DNA of 64,000 nt. Source: Octopus sinensis. Lineage: Eukaryota. A program made the position numbers and the translations under genes. Below, one piece after another: positions 39,840 to 51,734 of this stretch; the first letter of the stretch is position 1; the number at the start of each line of letters is the position of its first letter. The stretch spans positions 42,284,001-42,348,000 of the forward strand of contig NC_043010.1 of the NCBI RefSeq assembly GCF_006345805.1. Direction: 5' to 3'. A model generated the notes under the pieces. The model was not told the DNA's origin and did no database searches. It saw nothing but the letters and a program-made list of their open reading frames with translations.

Positions 39840-40244
39840 GACACACAGACAGATATGTATGCCTTGACTTTTCTCCCTCACCTCCTCTCCCTTTCATTTT
39901 CTGTATGTGTGTGTGTATGTGTGTGTGAGTATGTATAAATGTTTGCGTATGTAGGTGTATATGTTGTTATCGTGCTTATGTACGCAGGTAAAATCAGGAT
40001 TTCTCTCTAAGCTGCCCGACTTTACGCAAACCTGTTTAATTTCCCTTTTCATAAAAGCTTTCTTTACTCTTAGTAACAGAAATGAAAAAAATTAAGCTAC
40101 GTGCGATGACTCACACATAGCATTTAAGTGTGGGGTGCATGGAATAAAGGAAATTGGTTTCTTTTTTTTCTTCGTTTTTTTTTGTCTTTTTTTTTTGTTT
40201 GTTTTATGAGTTCAGTGACTGAAAATTATGAAATTATAATTTTA

Positions 40245-41400
40245 CTAGCAGAAATACCCGGCGTTGCCTAGGTTAAAAAGAATAATGAAATTTAAAAACG
40301 CCGTCGCTCTCAGATGCTAGTAGCTGAGATACCAACTTCCTACAATAATAACTATCCAACCCATGTCAGCATGGAACATAGACGTTAAGTGTAATGTTGA
40401 AAGAGAGTTTTCAAGTCATATATCTATATAAAATAAATACACGTAATTCAAAAATACGTTTTGTCCAGCTTATTTCGTAACAAAAAAACAAGTACAAATT
40501 ATAAACAATGAAAGGCCGATTTTTGTTATTCATTTGCCAGACGTAATAGAGAGCCAATCCAATGATAAATCTGATCCTTGATCTTGAGAGTTTGCATGAA
40601 TCCTACCTAACTCAGTTAAATCACTTGAGGCTCCAAATGATGCCAAATGTAATGCAGAATTGCATTGTCTAATTTTGTTTCGGAAGTGCTTGGAATCTTG
40701 GTCAGTTGATGACAACAGTTTTTTCAATGGCTCTGGAGGTTGGGGGATTGCAGGGAGTTTAATCTTTCCACTACTGCAGCACAGTGCAGATGTCTCTCCA
40801 AGCCACTTCTTTGCTTTACAATGTCTGCACTCAGTTGTCATTGCACCAATGGAAACTCTAATGTCATCTGCATAGTGAACTGCTGGATCATAATTGAAAG
40901 CTGCTTCATAGAAGTTCCTTCTCTGAGCTGTTGCAACTGCTCTTCGTTCTGCAGTGGAGATCCTATTCCTTGTCCACTGTGCATATCTGGGTTCATCACT
41001 CTGGCTTTTGTAGTGCACAGTCTGTTTGTTTATTGGTATGCTTCCCTTTCCGCAGCTGTCTCTATTTCCGTGGACAGAGACATTCTTTTGGCTGACCTTG
41101 ATATTGTAGACAAATTTGACACTTTCCTTCTAGGCATAGTTATATGCGTATACAGAAATACACAGGTGCAGAAGATAGTAAACAATAAAAATAACTGGGT
41201 AACGGAAATTATATTTCTTAATACAACGGGCAGAAAGTAAATAAGAAATTTTTGCAGAAAATAAAGAATTGCACGGGTTGAAGCGAACCAAAGAGCCAGT
41301 ATCGAAGGAACCAGAAAAAAGCCGTCAACAACAGAAAAACCGAAAACAAGTAAAGGAGGCACGTAAAATAGACTTGCAAAACTGATTTCTAGTTCCCTTC
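40245..41400 (-). mobile_element. Internally deleted Helitron retaining RepHel N-terminus and 3' end
   Basis: MPRRKVSNLS (ATG 41137) and AFNYDP..IGAMTTECRHCKAKKWLGETSALCCSSGKIKLP..PPEPLKKLL..SKHFRNKIRQCNSALHLASFGA. 3' hairpin plus CTAG at 40245-40272. 5' boundary approximate. Confidence 0.88.
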
Positions 41401-42033
41401 TAAACCGTTCCGTGTACCCTTCCTAGCATCAGGTAATCACCAAGTGATTGTCCCGGACGACTAGAAATAGCAGCCAAATTCCTTCAACTCACACTAGATG
41501 GGCAGTGCGGTTCTGAGTTTACGGTATATTGGATAAAAACAGGATGGTCACGGCTGGATTGTTTTTACTCATAGGTCAGCTCGATCAGGGCTGACCTGAG
41601 GTTAATATATCAACTGTACAATAACATTTTACTCACAAGTCATAGTAATTTCAAAACAATGACGTACCTTTTAATTGATACAGAGTAAGGAATCCGCAAT
41701 ATCTTGGAGGAAGTAGTCATCAGTTTATATTTAGTACCCTAAAAAAAGGGGCCATTCTAATCTACCGCAGTAGCAATTGTTCCAAATGTTGGCACAAAGC
41801 CAGCAATTTTAAGAGGGGGAATTAAGTCGATTATATCGATCCCAGCACTTGATTAGTACCTTATTTTATCGACCTCAAAAGGATGGAAGGTAATTCATTA
41901 TGTTCTAAGTTCTAATTCCACCGTCTCGGTGCTGACAATTCTACCATCCGCCACTTTAATCTACGACGATGCGACATTTTTCTTCTATTAAGCATCTTTA
42001 AAGTCCACCTTCGTAGCAAAGTTGTATCGATAT

Positions 42034-42090
<57 letters not shown>

Positions 42091-42125
42091 ATATATATCT
42101 ATATATCTCTCTCTCTCTCACTCAC

Positions 42126-42171
<46 letters not shown>

Positions 42172-42180
42172 TCTCTCTTG

Positions 42181-42340
42181 GGCGGCGAGTTGGCAGAATC
42201 GTTAGCACGCCAGGCGAAATGCTTCGTGGCATTTTTGTCTGTCTTTATGTTCTGAGTTGGTTGAGGTCCACTTAGACTTTCATCCTTTCGGGTCGATAAA
42301 TACCAGTTAAGTACTGGCGTCAATGTAATCGACCTAACCA
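42181..42340 (+). mobile_element. SINE family A copy between (CT)n tracts
   Basis: ggcggcgagttggcagaatcgttagcacgcc..ctttcatcctttcgggtcgataaa. Confidence 0.82.
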
Positions 42341-42344
42341 CCCT

Positions 42345-42375
<31 letters not shown>

Positions 42376-42857
42376 CTTTCTGAGATTAAAGAAATACATA
42401 AGGTATGTTTAATTCACGATCGCTAGAATCTCAAATAAGAAATTAGTAATTTCAAAGAACTTGGGTTTATTGGTAGTATCCTTGCATTTAGAAAGCAAAA
42501 CTTCTCCTCTAGCTGTTTAAAATCTTAAGGTAACAAGCAAGGTAGATAACTTTGACAATATCAGCTAATGGTTAGCAATGCGAGGTAAGTGACTACTTGC
42601 TTTTTACCAGACGTTAAAGTTGATATTCTAATACTGACACTTTCTCTTCGGGCTCTCTAGTCATTTTATCAATGTACAGCCAAAATGGCATAAATATTGA
42701 TACTTTCCTTTGTGGAGTTAATATACAGTAGAGCTATGCCAACGACAAAATAAAGAAACGATTTCGTAACCAAAGCTGAGGTAGCATATATTGCTCTTAC
42801 CCTACCACACAGGCTTTTTTACAACCTATCATCATCTGAAGAGCGAGTACTGAAGCT

Positions 42858-43100
42858 GGTGCATTACTGTGACAGCATCTGCAGTTCTTGGATCTGTTCA
42901 GCCTCCTGCCTCCAGTCGCTTGACAATATGGCTTCGAAATGCTTAAACTTCTCCACTTGTCTCAGCAATGTTCTATTAACATGCAGAGAGCTGTGGTAAG
43001 ACTTTCTCGAGAGAACCAACACCTCAGTCTTCGCAACACTAATTCCCATCCCGGTCTTGCAGCACTAGGCAGTGAACCCATTCAGTGCATGCTGAATCTC
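42858..43100 (-). mobile_element. RTE-clade (Expander-like) RT fragment
   Basis: EIQHALNGFTA*CCKTGMGISVAKTEVLVLSRK..LRQVEKFKHF matches DLQ.AL.RFA.EC...GMRIS.SK.E.MVLSRK..L.QVEEFKYLG. Confidence 0.75.
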
Positions 43101-46100
43101 TTTTGTTAAGATAAACTCTCGACAAAGTGTCAATATTATTAAAATTAATTGTTATAAATATGAGAAAGAGATAACAATTAATTTGATCAACAACATTGTT
43201 TTACTGTTGCAACTTTTGCGCTTACCCCACACAAAAAAATCAATATTAATAATTATGAATAATTTTGCTTCACGTTAATAAAATTATTATGGCCTGAAAA
43301 AGTATCAGTGTGCATGACATCATTAGTTATACCAATGAAAATTAATTGCATCAACAAAAATTAAGTATCAGACTTGTACCATTCTGTAATGTGTACACCA
43401 GAACCGATATATTATTTTGTTTCGTCATAAGACCTTAGATATATAGGGTAGAGGCGGGATGTGATAATTGAATATATTTATTTAAAGGACTCTAATGATG
43501 AATTGCGTTGGTATGAAGTAGGCATTTTCTATTTGTAGAAGAGTCTCGTAGAAGAGTCGCGTAGAAGAGCTTCGCAAAAGAGCCTTGTAAGCTTGCAGTA
43601 AGAGAAGAAAAGTCTGTTTCAGGCAGCTATCCTTCTTGACAAAGTAGTAAGATTATAAATGAAAACTGAAATAAAAGAATGTTGTTCTAGATTGCTGTAG
43701 GAGAGAGGGGGAGAGATAAATGGGAATAAAACAACCAATTAAGATTAATACTCCTATTTGTAAAGAACTATTATTTTAATTTCTAGAGCATTTATGGTAA
43801 GTGTTTGGGGATATCTATTTAGCTTCACTCTGATTGTTTTTGATACTTCACTGTTAAAAGTTTGAAATTGGCTCACGAACAGTAAACTAATAAAAGAAGA
43901 TTATTTTGGCCGATAAATCTGTATCAGTAACAACCGGAAATATCTACAAATCTAAAAGAGCATCGATAGAATGTAACTTATAATTTCAATTATTTTCAAA
44001 AGTATTGTATTTAGTTATTGCCTTCTTGATATAGACTGTTATAGATATGTAAACGAGGATAACATTATGGCGCGTTTCCAAATATGTAGAGTTGAATTTT
44101 ATACAATGTGTTTACAAATACAGAAGTAACGAGGGTGTAGGCTATATCTACTAATATGGGAGGTAGGGAAAGAATTGTATAAGATGTAGATAAGTTATAT
44201 CTTGTATTCTTTTATCTTTCAATCACTAGATTGCGGCCTTCAAGGCTTTTTAGTTAATCTTATCTACCTTACTTATTTAATATAGTGTGGTACTTATTTA
44301 ATCCTTCTCTGTTAATCGGATCACGAAGCAATGTATTTTACATAAAAGATGGCTACACGATGCAGCAGATTTAGACACGAGTTTCCTTATAGTTTCCGTC
44401 GACTAAATTTTGTTCACAAGGTATCGGTCACCCGCATTGAAAAGACTTTCCAAGGCGTACAGTCGGTGAACTAGAATTTCTTTCAAACGTCTCAAGTTAA
44501 ATAAGTTATATGTATACCTATAGAGTTAATTGACAATTGTATGAAAACATCGAGGAATGATATAAAACTTAGTTTGCACGGTTTCTCTTTTATGTCAGCT
44601 ATATAGAATACGCAGGTTATATAATATACTTAGTCATAAAATATTTTTGAGGTGCAATTCTTTCGTGAGCAGTGTTAGAATCAAAAATGTAACAGAAATA
44701 AATATGCAACTAATAAAAAAAATCATATATTTTTTCCACAAAAGCGCCCGCAAAAATACCTTCCAGTATTTAGTTACGACCGTTTACTTTTTTCGTTCAA
44801 ATCCTAAGAAGGTCGAATACGGTTTTAATCTGGAGTCAATAATATGCTAATGAAGCACTGGAATCAGTATAATCGACAATACGGCTCCCTCAAATTACAA
44901 ATTTTGAATTATGTTAGCAATCTCCGGTAGGGATAGGTATGAATTCCTAATATTACTCGGTTATATTGTAACTTTCTCAGTGAAAGCCTTCCGCGCATTT
45001 GCTGAAGGGGCGATGAATGAATCAAAAACCAAATATAGCAGGCTATACATTTATTGGTGTAGGAAAATAGAATTACTAAGAAATCAAATAATTGGTACTG
45101 TTTTAGTACCATTATTTAATGATTATTCCCGAGGACAATATCTCTAAATTAATAATTATTAGCTTTGGGTTACCCAAATTTTGAGAATGTTATATTTGAT
45201 TTGAAGGTGTGAGTGCTGGATCGCAGAAAAATAGTCAAGTACGAATACAATTATTTCTACTGCAAGATTTGGTCATGTTATCAAAAATTCGGACGTACAT
45301 ATAGGAATACAATATCCAATGTAACATCCCTTTTATAAGATGTATTATCCCGCCCAAATTTGTATCTCAGCGAGGTGTATATGTGCTTATAGTGAAGTTT
45401 ACACTGTGGTGTGTTAGAGCATCAGTTCTTGCAATCTACCTTAGAATCCCCGAGAAGGTCATGGGCGATGCCTTTCCTTCTGTTTCTACGTCATTAAAAG
45501 ACAATACTAGAGTGTGATTTGAAGGAGAGTTGATGCTTGTAAAAGCAGTGACATTATGGAAGCTCTTTCGTTCGCTCCTTCTACTGCAAAATATTTCGTG
45601 TAGACAGATTTATAACTTAATAACTCCTCACTTATCTCAAATACAAAATTTTTAAAATGTATCTCTGTTACAGTTGAAATGGTTCCGTCGCTTTCGATAA
45701 ACAATTTCAAATTATCGATAAAAGAAGTTATCATCCACTTTGACTTCAATATAGTTCGTACTTTCTTATATGAATAAGTCCACTGCTCTTTTTGCATTTA
45801 ATTGAGGAAACATCTTCATGTTTGTTCATTCCAGTTTCTTCAGATAATTAAAGCGATATCAATAAGAATTTAAATTATAATTACCAAACACTTCAAATGT
45901 ATGTGGGCAGGGAAGCACTAATTAAACAGAAGTGAACTTCACAAGGTACAGATTAAATTATCAAATTGATGTATTTATTCACTGAGAGTGCTCTGGAATT
46001 AATTACATATAAGATGGTCAATTAGTACAATAACCACTGAAGTATATCTGACTAACGTCTATATAAAAAAAAATAAACGAAAACAAAAATGCATATATTA

Positions 46101-46164
46101 TTCAAGGATGTATATATATATATATAATAAAAATGGTAAATAATTTTTCTGTGGTTTTTCATGT

Positions 46165-46232
46165 AACCAACAATTATTTACCGGTAAATTTCGGTATGTA
46201 AATACGACAAATTTATCGTCAGGAACTTTGTA
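46165..46232 (-). ncRNA. Degenerate minimal hammerhead-ribozyme-like motif
   Basis: Minus strand CTGACGA-(taaatttgtcgtatttacatac)-CGAA-ATTTACCGGTAAAT(palindrome)-A. Stems I and II are imperfect. Sits between (TA)n tracts. Confidence 0.35.
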
Positions 46233-46240
46233 AGGTTCAG

Positions 46241-46298
<58 letters not shown>

Positions 46299-46489
46299 GT
46301 TGATATCATAAAAATATATAAACTTTCAAAACGACGCGAAATAGTTCCTCCTTAGAACTGGATCTCAAAACACGGGGGCAACCTTCGACTTCTTAAAATG
46401 TACTTCGAGATCCAATTCCCAAAAAGAATTATTTATATATATATATGTATGTATGTATGTATGCATATGTATATACATACATACATACA

Positions 46490-46562
<73 letters not shown>

Positions 46563-46699
46563 CCTCACACGGGCGCACGCACACATGTACACACATAAAT
46601 AAATGCAACGAATACGAAGAAACAAACACTTGAAAGTAAAATCGAACCAGATATTCAAATATCTCCAAACAAGGCGTGTTTCTGACTATATCGTTTATA

Positions 46700-47740
46700 T
46701 ATTGTATACATGAATATATGTTTATCAACAAATATAAATTGATTTTATTCTCAGATGTTTCTTCGTAGAAATTATATTTGTATATCATTGTATGTATTAT
46801 AGCAATAAACTATCTTATTTATATTGAGACTTCTTGCTACTTGCATCTGCAATAGTATTTCAGGAATTACAACAAAATATTTCCCTATACTGAAAAGTGA
46901 ACACAGGACAACGACAAAAGACCATTCGAAAACCGGGGCGGGTGGGGGAGCAGTGTACGTAGACAAGCTCATCTCTCAACAGTTATCGACCAAAAATCAT
47001 TACAATTTCGATGCCTTATTGATAATATTATTCAATTTGACAGCGTCATCCACCTGTGATAACATGACCAAGTTGTTAGGGTATAGATTAACGAAACATG
47101 AAGGATAATATAATTTAGTAATAACAATCGTTGAAACACGTAGATATGTTTCGCTCTAAAAGAGTTATCAAACAATAATAGTAATAGAATTTGTCGGTTT
47201 ATCATCATGAATGGGAAAATAGTCCTGTGGTTATAAGAAACGCACAGGTCGAGTAAATGATGATAAAGATAACTATACACTATATGTCAACTATAGCCAA
47301 CCCTATTGCCAATAATTATATTAAAGAAGTTATTGCTAATAATAACATGAATGCTCACATAGATATTCCCTTAAAATAAATCCCATTCTCCCTAAACTTA
47401 ATGTTTATGCTGACAATCTACTCACTGTCTCTTCTTGTGACGACCTAGGTAAGAATGAAATATGTTCTCAAGGTTCTTTTCCTAATCTAAAACGTCGAAG
47501 AAGGCATGATAGGAATAAGGAAACGCGAGATCCTCTGGTTTACGTCTCTAATTAGCTTACAAGTTAAATGATACTGTAATAATTCGCCAACTTTCTAGAC
47601 TCTAATTTCCAACCTTAAAACAAATATCATTCAATATTTAACACCTATAAGAATATCCAACTCTACTGCAGCTAGTGATAGATCCCTGAATCGCGGCTTC
47701 TAACAGACGTAAACATTATCTAAAAACACTAGTAATCATA
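46700..47740 (+). mobile_element. Penelope-like element 3' relic
   Basis: Weak C-terminal similarity (NSISGITTKYF). 47600-47740 resembles 51505-51660 (ctaatttccaacct..actctact..tctaacaga.gtaa). Confidence 0.4.
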
Positions 47741-48687
47741 ATAATAGTTTCAAATTTTGTCACAAGGGCGGCAGTTTGGGGAAGGGGACAAGTCAATTAC
47801 ATCGACCCCGGTGTTCAACTGGTACTTATTTTATCGACCCTCTCTGAAGAGTCGATCTCTTTTTACAGGGACAACCGTTTATGTTTTTACAATAGAGATT
47901 TATGGGGAGGTCCCATAAATCCAATCGGTACCCAACAGATTGGTTGCATTTTTAACGATGAAAACGTTCACCTTGCATGCTTTCACTTAAAATGTGACAT
48001 TAGTTCACAGTTCGTCTATGAAATGAAATTTGTCACTCGTCACGCTACGAGCAGAATTCACTGTTTTTCTTCCATATGTCCATATTTATTATGTGAGTAA
48101 ATTAAAAATATTCCGGACTGAATCCGGACCCGCAATACTGAAATTTTGGATTCTCAAGTTTTCAGTACTGCGATTGTTTTCGGCGATTTTTTTACGTGAT
48201 TTTTTGCGACGAATTTTTTTGTACGATAACAATTTTTATAACTTTGAAATAAATTTTATGAATAATCGAAATTAATTGCGATATCCAGCGATTATTTTTG
48301 ATAACTTGTTTTACGTGATTTTCTTTGAGACAAATATGATCATCATTGAGATATGGCTCTGGAGAAAGGAATTGTAACAAATTCTCCAAAATAAGTCTGA
48401 GATCTGTTTTCAGATCTTCCCATTCGGGGTCAGTGGCTTAAAAGCCCTATCGAGCAGCTTTTAAGCTAGTTTTAATATTTATGTTTATGTAACATATTTA
48501 CAAATGTTTTGATGCCACATATAATTACTTAATGATCTTTTATGTGTATTTGTGGGTGGGTGTGGGGTTGTGGGTGTGGGTGTGAGGTTGTGGGTGCGGG
48601 TGTTTGTGTGTGTGTGAGTATGTGTACATTTATGTATGTGTGGAGCAGGGTACATCTGTGTATGTACACATACACACACACACTCAT

Positions 48688-48737
<50 letters not shown>

Positions 48738-49370
48738 GATGGCTGACAGGTTGAGAAGTTCAGTTTGCGATCATGAGGATCTGTATTCGACCTCACTATG
48801 TGGCATCTTGGATGTATGAGATTTACAATTTCTTTGAAACGGTCCAATCTTCACAGTGAAATGGATTAGACAGAAACTGTTCGGAAGACAGTAAGATTTT
48901 ACAAGTCATGTCTTTTCACACACTGATTCTGCCTGAACACGAGTCTCTAAAATTGTGTGTGGGTGTGTGCGCGCGCACACACATATACACATACAGACAT
49001 GCGTGTACAAATGCATGTGCGCATGTACACATATACGCGTATATGTGTGTGGGCGTGCGTGCGTGCGTGTGTGTGATTTTACCAGCTGTAATTATTTACA
49101 TCGAATAGTGCTTAAAATGTATTGGTTTTACAACCAGAAAGATGCATTATTTAGTTCTATACATATGTTTTTTTCTCCAATGCATTCATAATTTCTCAAA
49201 TTGATCACCTGATATATAACTTTGAAAGATTAATAGCAAATTGGTGTCGGGTTGATATTACTGAAGTGAATAAAAAATTGTAGAGAATGTAGTAATGCAA
49301 TCGAAAATTGTTCAAATTATTTTAATGCCTTTCTTCTACTTAGTCCAATTTTTTGTTTCATTATTGTTGG

Positions 49371-49409
49371 CTAATCTGTATCAATTGTTTCTTTCTCTTG
49401 CAGGTAAGT
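49371..49409 (+). promoter_or_regulatory. Candidate recursive splice site (branch point, polypyrimidine tract, CAG|GTAAGT)
   Basis: CTAAT at 49371, AG-free pyrimidine tract ttgtttctttctcttg, CAG at 49401-49403 directly abutting a perfect donor GTAAGT at 49404-49409. Confidence 0.55.
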
Positions 49410-49909
49410 ACATCACTGCAATTTTCTTTGTACAGCCATCTTACTAGGAACTGTTGCTGTATGTATGTATTATATATCTTTATTGTAATATTTATTTTTA
49501 TATCTAAATTTATTGGGTCTTTTACCATTCTAAAACCCGATAACTTTATATGTACCTATACCGTGACAGAAAAAGAAGGAGGACTCACTGACGTGACCAA
49601 AATATAAGCTGGTATTATATGAAAATTACATAAGACAGTAAGATATTATTTCAGAGGTGACTTACTGTTATTTCGATCAAGCAGAGATACCATACAGTGA
49701 CTCCAACCCGCGTTTATACATATATAAAAACAGTGGGATGTAATTTGAGGAAGATTTGGGTTATATTTGTATCACCGCTACTAAAAACATAGAAGTTGGT
49801 TCACATATATATATCTATATAGGTAAGATCGAAAAAAGAGTTTGAGGGAGGCTTAGCTAGATTTCTAGCAGAATCCCTATTCCATCTTCGAATACTTACT
49901 TGATACTTC

Positions 49910-51660
49910 TTTCACGAAAACTAATGACGTAATAAGACGGATGCAGGTGCATGCTTTTTTCTATGAATATAGTAATTCGTTTAATCTTGAATCGTATAAA
50001 AAATTCTCCGTATAATCACTTTTCGAATTTGATCTATTAAATATGGTGAAGAACATTAAATTTTCTAAACATGTGAATGCTTACCAAAAGGAATTATCTA
50101 TAATTGTATCTAAATGTTAAACTGTTACCTAATCTACATAATTTCTTCGACAAGACCGGCAATTATGTGCTCTTTCTGCGAAATAATATCGCACCTTTAT
50201 AGCTAAGGAACTGAGTGAAAACTACAAGACTGTGGATCAATCACTTCTGAATTAAATCAATCACCAGTATTGTGAAATCGTTAGAAAATTATAAGTTGAG
50301 GACAAGACTCAACCATAGACCCCCTTACTTTAGTTTGAAAGATCACAAGGCTGACTTCATCATCAAACATTCTATAAGAATCATTTGGCCCACTAAATCC
50401 GACCTTGAATTAGTGAAACTGTTTCAGATAGTTAAGGAAAAACTTATGATTAACCTTTGATCGAATACAGGTGAGATAATAATTTTCTGTCTCTTCCAAA
50501 ATAAAAATAATTCCTCATTCTTGCAGTTATACATTAGCAGCTATTATTCCTTTGTTTCTCTGATTTTGCTTGGAAACTAATACTGCTTTCCTTTAGATAT
50601 TAACCTTTATTTCTTTGAATAAGACATGGTGTAGAATGTCAAATAATGATATTTGATATAACAATGGTATTGTCTAATTCTGTACAAGTTACTGATAATT
50701 TTTTTATTTCAACTCCAGTTACATTTTTAAAATTATAGGTGTGGTCTTTATAGAGATGATGCTCTTCCATTTGTCACAGGGATTTCTAAATCTGGTTTGG
50801 ATCATGTTAAAAAGGTTTTACACATTTTTCAGCATTTATAATCTATCAATAAATTTCGACACTAGATGTAAAATAGCTAATTGGGAGGGGGGGTAATCAC
50901 TTTAGATTTAAACTCATCGTTATACTATCCCTTTGATTAAACTAACAAATATATGAATGTTGACGTTAACCGCTATAGATCTGTCTTTATTGATACAATA
51001 AATAGTATATCTGTTAGAATCTCTACCTTCTCCGCTAATGAAGATATATTCGATAGCCACGCTCACTATAATAATCAAGCTTTGCTTGCTGGTGGGGGGG
51101 GTCTCTGATGAAATAAAGTACATACCGGACACAAAGTTCAGAATATTCTTAACATTATTAATTCCACACAATATGCCAACAATAGCCAATCCTAATTCAC
51201 TTAATATGTCTAATACTAATAATTCAGATTCGTCTAATTTTCACTCTCAATAGATCATCCGGTGAAATAAATCTTTCTTATACGAAATATTGCGGACAAC
51301 TAAATGTCTATCCCGTTTCTGCATGTGAGTAATTTTAATATTGACTGCTCAGGGAAGAACAATACGTCGTTAGTAAGATGTCTACACTTATCCAAAAATG
51401 TCAACGAGGGCATAGTAGGAATAAGAAATGTGGGGTTCTATAATTTAGACCGCTGGTCTACTTACGCGTTAAATCATGCCGAAATTATTTTTCATTATTC
51501 CAAAGTCTAATTTCCAACCTCTAAATATCACTCGAGATTTAACATATTAACTAAAAAAATTATCCAATTATCCACTCTACTACACCATAATTTCTTATCA
51601 ATTATTTCCACCTCTAACAGATGTAATCTTGGCATAAAAGACTTTACTAATAAGAATAGT
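49910..51660 (+). mobile_element. Penelope-like retroelement relic (RT with YRDD; GIY-YIG region degraded)
   Basis: KTNDVIRRMQVHAFF, FEFDLLNMVKNIKF, YFSLKDHKADF..IRIIWPTKSDL, GLYRDDAL (about 50743) and INSISVRISTFSANEDIF..NQAL. Confidence 0.75.
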
Positions 51661-51734
51661 GATAATTATCGTGATGATAATAATAATAATATAATAATAA
51701 TAATAATAATAATATAATAATAATAATAATAATG

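Noticed and set aside
42513-42590. Exon-like segment ending in GAG|GTAAGT (also the AAG|GTAAGT donor at 9980)
   Set aside because: Stops in all three frames and no other support. Such hexamers occur by chance.
43536-43590. 13-bp tandem repeat gtagaagagtcNc, about 4 copies
   Set aside because: A short decaying minisatellite with no spacers. Not CRISPR-like.
45507-45797. Possible hAT dimerisation-domain relic (FAVEGANERASIM)
   Set aside because: Similarity is too weak to call without a profile search.
47490-47550. Second hammerhead-like motif (cgaagaagg..gaaacgcg..gttt)
   Set aside because: The CUGANGA core is broken and stem II is absent.
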